This document shows, piece after piece, positions 24,703-30,060 of a stretch of 30,060 nucleotides of DNA. Source of the stretch: a virus (lineage: Duplodnaviria > Caudoviricetes); the IMG/VR virus record IMGVR_UViG_3300037045_000315, positions 1 to 30,060 of that record; one strand, written 5' to 3'. Positions within the stretch are counted from its first letter, which is position 1, and each line of letters starts with the position of its first letter. Under the pieces are notes generated by a model. It was not told where the DNA came from and ran no database searches. It saw only the letters and a list, made by a program, of their open reading frames with translations. The translations under genes and the position numbers were made by a program.

Positions 24703-25812
24703 TTAATTCTCATGCGGTACGAATGACATCAAAAAGGCGATGGTATCCTTGTTTTCCTCAAGCTGGATCGTGAGCTTGATGTTTCTCCATGGGCCAAAAA
24801 CGCTTGTATCCTTGTTCTCAATTATTCCGTAGAACCGATTGTTTTCCTTATCGATCACTACAGTATCCCCGCAATAGTACATCATCATGGGAGGGATGGT
24901 TTTTGCATATTTGTCAGCTTCCGCTAAGCCAAGATACTGGAAGTTGAAATTGACGTGGTAAATATTCTCGGTGTCGATCTGTTTGATTACACCATCTTCC
25001 CGCTCGACGGACCAAAAGAAAGCAGAAGCATCATATCCCCCATGGGTGAGCAGATATTCCCGATAATAAGTCTTTTCTGTCTCAGAGAGATCGGCCTCTT
25101 CAAATGTTTTATACCCATCATCGGGTACGGAGGAATCATATTCCGCCAAGGGCATCAACAGGTTACCTTCCCCTTGCAAATTCTGGTTCCAGCCCTCAAT
25201 GAATGCTGAGGCATAGGCCTGACCGAAACCTCTGGCATCCACAGAGAAAAGATAAATGCTGGAAGATGATACGTACGGATTTTTGACCTCAATCCTGAAC
25301 TGAACAGAATCGCTGTTCAGCAAAGCACCAAAAACAGTCTTTACATCCTGAGTCTCTGAAATAATCAATCTCTTGGTATTGGAGTCAGAGAACTTGGCTC
25401 TATTTTTAAGCTCCGAGGTTGTACCGGCAGAATCTTTGATCTTGATGACCGCGTAATCCGAACTTATGCCGGAAACAAGGAATTCACTTTCATACTCAAA
25501 CAGCTCCAGATTCAACTTATTTGCGTCTACAATGAATTTTGCATACATCTTTGAGTTGTTCGTGGCACTGTTGCTGAAGATTCCCGAGGTTTTTACATTT
25601 TTGAGTGCTGCATAGGGAGTATCAGTCGGGCTGCCGAATTCATCAACATAATATCTCTTGATCCAAGCAGACTGTCCTGCGATCGGCAGAATTTCAGCTG
25701 CTACCATGAATCCTTTCGGAGTGTTTGATGGAATCGTGTCGGTGAATGTTGTACAGCCAGTTGTAAGCAGTATCATTATGAAAGCCAATAGCAAGACGGG
25801 AATTCTCTTCAC
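24703..25812 (-). CDS. Lipoprotein of unknown function (cargo)
   Basis: GTG start after GAGGAGG; signal MKRIPVLLLAFIMILLTTGC; lower GC than flanks. Confidence 0.78.
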   Translation of the reverse strand: MKRIPVLLLAFIMILLTTGCTTFTDTIPSNTPKGFMVAAEILPIAGQSAWIKRYYVDEFGSPTDTPYAALKNVKTSGIFSNSATNNSKMYAKFIVDANKLNLELFEYESEFLVSGISSDYAVIKIKDSAGTTSELKNRAKFSDSNTKRLIISETQDVKTVFGALLNSDSVQFRIEVKNPYVSSSSIYLFSVDARGFGQAYASAFIEGWNQNLQGEGNLLMPLAEYDSSVPDDGYKTFEEADLSETEKTYYREYLLTHGGYDASAFFWSVEREDGVIKQIDTENIYHVNFNFQYLGLAEADKYAKTIPPMMMYYCGDTVVIDKENNRFYGIIENKDTSVFGPWRNIKLTIQLEENKDTIAFLMSFVPHEN

Positions 25813-25892
25813 TGTATCCTCCTCAAACTATCTTCATACTACTCTGGTTTCTTTCTGGTTTCCAGCAAGATTCCTATAATCTGTGTTCGAAC

Positions 25893-25924
25893 AAAGAAAA
25901 GACTGCAACTTTTCGGTTGCAGTC
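25893..25924 (-). terminator. Intrinsic terminator after the DUF2815 gene
   Basis: GACTGCAAC/GTTGCAGTC stem, followed by TTTTCTTT on the minus strand. Confidence 0.75.
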
Positions 25925-25961
25925 CAGATAGGTAAGGGATTCCTCTCTCAATATGATTTCC

Positions 25962-26525
25962 TTAGGCAAGGAAATCATCCTCGTCATCGGTGGCGAAGTC
26001 ACTCTCTGCACTTGCCTTACCACCCAGGGGTTCCCCATCGCGGATAAGCTGCAAGTTCTGAAGGCCGCATGCAATGCCGCGGTTGCCGTTCGAGTTGAAC
26101 GCATAGAAGGTGATCGAGGCCCGTCCGTAGACACCTGAATACACATCACTGCGGTTCAGCACGGGATTGCACTCCGCATCAACGATACCGGGTGCGGTTG
26201 CACTGTTGGCATTGATAAAGAATGCGTTCTCGTAAGCTGGATCATCCGGGCGGTCGATATCCCCATCGCGCAAGGGAGTCTTCAGCGATGCAAGGGACGG
26301 GGCTGTTTTTCCGTTGCCCTTGAGTTTTGCCTCGCCTTCCTTGTAGGCAGCCTCAATGGCAGATTTGATCTTCTGCACAGTTGCTTTGTCGCTCTTGGGG
26401 ATGATGAGGGATACCGAGTATTTCGGCGTCCCACCGTTGATGGACTTCGGTTCCCAGACATTGGCGAAGGACCATCTGGTGTCCTTGCCTGTGATGACCC
26501 TCAAAGGGTTTGCGATTGTTGACAT
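25962..26525 (-). CDS. DUF2815 family single-stranded DNA-binding protein
   Basis: KYSVSLIIPK, PLRDGD, YSGVYGR, GIACGL.NLQ, acidic tail DDEDDFLA. Confidence 0.9.
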   Translation of the reverse strand: MSTIANPLRVITGKDTRWSFANVWEPKSINGGTPKYSVSLIIPKSDKATVQKIKSAIEAAYKEGEAKLKGNGKTAPSLASLKTPLRDGDIDRPDDPAYENAFFINANSATAPGIVDAECNPVLNRSDVYSGVYGRASITFYAFNSNGNRGIACGLQNLQLIRDGEPLGGKASAESDFATDDEDDFLA

Positions 26526-27649
26526 TGTTTTTCCTCCATGTCGTCAAAGTCGTCGATTGTGATTGCCGGTCTCTTGTCGCTCTCCGGCACGAGCGTCGGT
26601 TTGCCTTTGGGCTTGCATATGAACACGCCCAAGATCTCATTGAAACGTGATCTTCCCAGCAGCTCGGTCATGGCCGTGATACCCAGTACCTTGTGGTCGT
26701 AGGGATCGAAGCCGGCTTCACCGACTTTCTTTGCGACGGATTCCTCGTCGGTGTACTTGCGCACCGAGCGTCCTTCCACCAGCTTGAAGCCATCGAGTCT
26801 TCCTCCTCTGCTCAATACCGAAAGACCGTACCCCTTGACGTCGCTGACCCAGGAGGCGAGCTCATCGGCTTGTGTGAGGATCCCGGCTATCTCGTCGTCA
26901 CCAAGGAGCGCGGGCTCGGTGAACTCGTGGCGAGCGAGCTCCAGGTTCGCCTCGGCCCTTTTTCTACAGGTGGCCTTCACCCTGCAGAACTGGCAGTGCG
27001 CGCCGGATTGGAATTCGCCCTCGCCGTTGAATGCAAGAAGCGCCCTCGGCTTGAGGAACGTGACCGCCCAATCGCGAAGCTCATCCGTGGGAAGCGTGAA
27101 TGTGCTGATGTTTGACAGGCGTGGCTGGAACACGGTCATCGAGACCTCCGCGACCTCATACAGAGGGCCGAACATCTCAAGGGCCCCCAGGGCGTACAGC
27201 ATCATCTGGGTGTTCTGGTCCGCTGAGACCGGCACCCCCTGCCCGTACTTGAAGTCGATGATGTGGAGGCTCCTGTCGGCGATGATGACGCAGTCACCGG
27301 TTCCCGCGCACTCGGGAACATAGCGGCTGATATCGAGGCGCTGCTCGGTGAAGATCAGCGGATCCCTGAGCTCATCCTTCTCCTTCTGGAACGTCTCCAA
27401 AACGAAGGACGCGTACTCTTCGGCGCAGCCCTCCATCTCCTCGGTGTAGTGCTGAAGGCCGGGTGAAGGATCCTCGGTGACCAAACCGAGAGCCTTATTG
27501 AGCTTGTACTCGCAGAGCGTGTGGGCTTCGGTACCTTCCTCGGCATACACGCTCGTCTTGTCCTCGTGCCCTTCGCACAGCCGTGCCGACGGAGGGCACT
27601 TCGTCCATCGGGAGGATGACGAGGGGGACAGGAGGGCATGCCTACTCAT
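26501..27649 (-). CDS. DUF2800 family PD-(D/E)XK nuclease
   Basis: Start refined to MSRHALLSPSSSSRW..CPPS; GTGD, IIDFKYG, QMMLYALG, HCQFC. Confidence 0.9.
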   Translation of the reverse strand: MSRHALLSPSSSSRWTKCPPSARLCEGHEDKTSVYAEEGTEAHTLCEYKLNKALGLVTEDPSPGLQHYTEEMEGCAEEYASFVLETFQKEKDELRDPLIFTEQRLDISRYVPECAGTGDCVIIADRSLHIIDFKYGQGVPVSADQNTQMMLYALGALEMFGPLYEVAEVSMTVFQPRLSNISTFTLPTDELRDWAVTFLKPRALLAFNGEGEFQSGAHCQFCRVKATCRKRAEANLELARHEFTEPALLGDDEIAGILTQADELASWVSDVKGYGLSVLSRGGRLDGFKLVEGRSVRKYTDEESVAKKVGEAGFDPYDHKVLGITAMTELLGRSRFNEILGVFICKPKGKPTLVPESDKRPAITIDDFDDMEEKQCQQSQTL

Positions 27650-28157
27650 CGCCAAGTCTCCTGATGTCCCGAAGGAATCCTGGGTAATAGGTGGGATCCA
27701 GGTCCTCAAGGCTGGTGGCGTAGTGGTGCTCGAACACTCCGGCGAACCGGTCAGACATGCCTTCCTTGGCCTTCCCGTCGATGGCGGCCTTCAGGTCGTC
27801 AAGGGTGGCCCCGAGGCAGTGCGCTTCATCGGCCAGATTCCTGTAGTGCGAGGGATCGATGGCCGATAGCCTGTCGGCTCCGTACTTCTCGAGAAGCAGC
27901 CTCACCTGATCCGTATGGCCGGCTCTGGACTTCTCGGCCAAGATCCTGCGGACATCCACAAGGGTGAGAGGTATCTCCACCGGCTTCACCTCTGCGGTAT
28001 CGGTCGGTTGTCCGAACAATTCCGGCTGTTCCTCCTTGTGGCGGATGAGTGGATCGAAATCATGCCTCCTCATCATATCCGCCAACGACTCGAGGGCCTC
28101 GGCGAGGGATTTGAGCCCCTTCGCCCCGTCGAGCAGCAACTGGGTCCTATCGTCCAT
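27642..28157 (-). CDS. Conserved phage replication-module protein with a tandemly duplicated C-terminal domain
   Basis: LTLVDVRRILAEKSRAG..LLEKYGA.RLS.IDP..Y pattern, present twice in diverged form. Confidence 0.75.
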   Translation of the reverse strand: MDDRTQLLLDGAKGLKSLAEALESLADMMRRHDFDPLIRHKEEQPELFGQPTDTAEVKPVEIPLTLVDVRRILAEKSRAGHTDQVRLLLEKYGADRLSAIDPSHYRNLADEAHCLGATLDDLKAAIDGKAKEGMSDRFAGVFEHHYATSLEDLDPTYYPGFLRDIRRLGDE

Positions 28158-28359
28158 CCTCTTTTCCTCCTTCCTGTGTCTCGTGGATCTCCACGCTCCT
28201 GACTGTCTTTCCCGGTGTGAGCACGAGCACCTCGCTGTACTCGCCGAACAGGAACCTGATCAGTCTCGCCGAGATCTTCCTGCCGCGGCTGTTGAGCACC
28301 CGCTGGTTGCCGCCGCCTCCCTGGGCCACGTTTATCTGGACCCTGTGCTGAAGTTTCAC
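28147..28359 (-). CDS. Conserved phage hypothetical protein
   Basis: 70 aa, GTG start after GGAG; RFLFG...VLVLTPG..V.SVEI.E pattern. Confidence 0.75.
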   Translation of the reverse strand: MKLQHRVQINVAQGGGGNQRVLNSRGRKISARLIRFLFGEYSEVLVLTPGKTVRSVEIHETQEGGKEDGR

Positions 28360-28442
28360 TGTGCATCTCCATGTATGTACGGGGTCTCCCCCGGAGGCTG
28401 CTTCTGCGCCGCATGGACGCTGTTTTCAAGCCCTCTGCTTGA

Positions 28443-28461
28443 TACCGCAAAACCGTACCCC
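28443..28461 (-). promoter_or_regulatory. Conserved 19-bp motif copy downstream of the sigma-like gene
   Basis: GGGGTACGGTTTTGCGGTA. Confidence 0.6.
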
Positions 28462-28477
28462 CGGGGATAGCCAGCTG

Positions 28478-28969
28478 CTACTCGTCCCCGTACGTCTGTT
28501 TGTAGAGTGCCCTGAGGCGGTCGATCATCTTCCTCCTGCGGCTTCTGATCGCGTTGTCCGTCGTTCCTTCTTCCCTGGCGATATCGACAAGCTGCCGGCC
28601 TTCGCAAAGCTGCCAGAAGAGTTCCTGCTGGGCTGGTATGAGCTGGGGGATGAGATCACGCACGCGGTCCCGCATCGAGGGCGGGTTTTCCTCCTTGAAG
28701 AGGACAGTCTCGGGGGATTGAGAGAGATCCATCAAACTGTCGACGGGATCGTCTGCGTACGCATGTGGATTGCTTTCAAAAAGTGTTTGAGAAAACTTGA
28801 ACGCGGGATCCAGCAGCTCGTCCTCGTACCGGTTGTTCAGGCGCTCGGATTCATAGGAGTCGCGGAGAACGGTGACGATCTCCTTGGTGACACCGTTCTC
28901 ACCAAGGGTGAGAAGGTACGGTCTTCCATCGATGCAATAGTAGAATTCTGTCGCGGCGTCTTTAGCCAT
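28478..28969 (-). CDS. Sigma-70 region 4-like (ECF-type) phage transcription factor
   Basis: Start refined to ATG 28969 after GGGAGG; C-terminal HTH LIPAQQEL..EGRQLVDIAREEGTTDNAIRSRRRK. Confidence 0.75.
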   Translation of the reverse strand: MAKDAATEFYYCIDGRPYLLTLGENGVTKEIVTVLRDSYESERLNNRYEDELLDPAFKFSQTLFESNPHAYADDPVDSLMDLSQSPETVLFKEENPPSMRDRVRDLIPQLIPAQQELFWQLCEGRQLVDIAREEGTTDNAIRSRRRKMIDRLRALYKQTYGDE

Positions 28970-29158
28970 CGCTTGCCTCCCGCCTGGACGCAAAGGGCGG
29001 GAAGCTGACGCATGACGAAGCCGTGGTGATCCGATTGGAAGCCTGAGGGCGCAACAAGACCAGGGGACCCGAAGAGGCCAGCCACGGCGGAGCCAGTGGC
29101 GGACCGATGCATCAGGATTCCTCGCCCTATACGTCTCAGGCTAAAATCACATATTTAT

Positions 29159-29313
29159 GTTGATTTTAATCAACATCAACCTCAAAAAAATACGACCAGA
29201 AGGCCTTGAGGAAAGAATGTTGAATCGAATCAACGCCCAGAAGCTACTACTATCGTTGATTAGAGTCAACACCAGAACGATGAAAATATTTAATTTTGTT
29301 GACTTAAATCAAC
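29159..29313. promoter_or_regulatory. Four palindromic operators GTTGA-N6-TCAAC
   Basis: 29159-29174, 29219-29234, 29255-29270 and 29298-29313, in the divergent intergenic region next to the repressor. Confidence 0.8.
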
Positions 29314-29327
29314 ACATACTGTACTAT
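29299..29327 (+). promoter_or_regulatory. Sigma-70 promoter for the repressor operon
   Basis: TTGACT-17 bp-TACTAT; the -35 lies inside the fourth operator. Confidence 0.65.
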
Positions 29328-29386
29328 ATATATATATGGTTGCAAAATTTGAATGCAATCCATGCGAAGGATGGGGGAAGCTGGAT

Positions 29387-29770
29387 ATGGACGAAAGCGA
29401 ACGCACATTGGGGAAAGTCATCGCCGCACAGCGCGACAAACTTGGGATGACACAAAGGGAGCTTGCCCGTGCTGTCAATCTCAATAATGCCACGATCTCG
29501 CGCATCGAGAGCAATCCCGACATCGTCGCCGATCCCAGCACCCTGAAGGCTATTGCAGAAGCCCTGCGCATCGACTATAACTATCTTCTCACACTGAACA
29601 GGACCATTGAGGACGATAAGGATATCAGGGTAATAGCACGGGCGTCAAAATCCATGTCCGGACCTGAGAGGGAAAAGATGATGGACTTTCTTCGCACGGA
29701 ATTCGCCGAGGCTTTCAAGGATGCTGATAGTGACGGAATCATTGACCCCCAGGCCCCTGACGATTATTGA
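29387..29770 (+). CDS. XRE-family HTH repressor (CI/ImmR-like)
   Basis: Start refined to ATG 29387; RDKLGMTQRELARAVNLNNATISRIES; divergent from the lytic genes. Confidence 0.9.
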   Translation: MDESERTLGKVIAAQRDKLGMTQRELARAVNLNNATISRIESNPDIVADPSTLKAIAEALRIDYNYLLTLNRTIEDDKDIRVIARASKSMSGPEREKMMDFLRTEFAEAFKDADSDGIIDPQAPDDY

Positions 29771-30060
29771 TGCGGCCTGTTCCAAATTACCAGCTGCCCA
29801 TAGCTGAGGCCCTCGCGGTGCTTGAGGACTCCGCTGTCGACCGGTTCCCCGTGGACCTGCATGCGATCCAGCGGCAGTTCTGCAGGCTGTTCCAGATCCG
29901 CTCGTATGGCATGTTCATGAAAACCCACTGCACCTCACGGGAGGAATGCTCCCATTATCTGGGATCGGAAGACGGGGCTGCCGTCTTTGATGGACACGGC
30001 AGGTACATCGTCTACTACAACGAGGAAAAAAGGAAACAGCGGACCAGGTTCACCATCGCC
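29770..30060 (+). CDS. ImmA/IrrE family metallopeptidase (5' part; runs off the window)
   Basis: Manual translation MRPVPNYQ..FPVDL..DG...YIVYYN...QRTRFTIA stops just before the expected HExxH; TGATG coupling with the repressor. Confidence 0.82.
   Translation, partial: MRPVPNYQLPIAEALAVLEDSAVDRFPVDLHAIQRQFCRLFQIRSYGMFMKTHCTSREECSHYLGSEDGAAVFDGHGRYIVYYNEEKRKQRTRFTIA

Larger units (their letters stand above)
1..30060. mobile_element. Temperate prophage (interior segment: immunity, replication, late control, packaging); both ends lie outside the window
   Basis: Syntenic repressor/ImmA, PolA, VirE, VRR-NUC, SNF2, HNH, terS, terL and portal genes; no integrase or att site in the window. Confidence 0.96.

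Noticed and set aside
26501-27649. Cas4-like nuclease suggesting a CRISPR link
   Set aside because: DUF2800 is a standard member of this phage replication module; no array or other cas genes
29157-29571. ORFs 29157-29450 (+) and 29290-29571 (-) as a possible cro
   Set aside because: They overlap the operators and repressor and show no HTH pattern
1-30060. tRNA, rRNA, integrase/att site, reverse transcriptase (DGR/retron) or IS transposase
   Set aside because: No supporting motifs seen in this window

Overview
The whole window is the interior of a temperate, probably cos-type, prophage, transcribed mostly on the minus strand. Reading from the right end: an immunity region (XRE repressor, partial ImmA/IrrE protease, four palindromic operators); a replication module (sigma-like factor, DUF2800 nuclease, DUF2815 SSB, family A DNA polymerase, DUF4406-like protein, VirE primase-helicase, VRR-NUC, SNF2 helicase); and an ArpU/RinA-like late regulator. 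The packaging region follows (HNH, P27 terminase small subunit, metK, ParB-methyltransferase, a holin/spanin-like cassette, DUF4314, amidoligase, GGCT, terminase large subunit, partial HK97 portal). AT-rich cargo genes are inserted at several junctions. The most striking element is a 309-aa intein in motif B of the polymerase with no in-frame endonuclease. Instead, an HNH-type endonuclease gene with its own Shine-Dalgarno and ATG is encoded in the +1 frame over the intein (782 nt dual-coding). Other notable items are triplicated, decayed copies of the late-regulator/late-promoter junction that separate cargo genes, a ~10-TM membrane protein fused to a ComEA-type helix-hairpin-helix domain, an endolysin-less lysis-like cassette inside the packaging module, and a conserved 19-bp motif upstream of three replication genes. 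All family assignments come from motif recognition by eye, not database searches.
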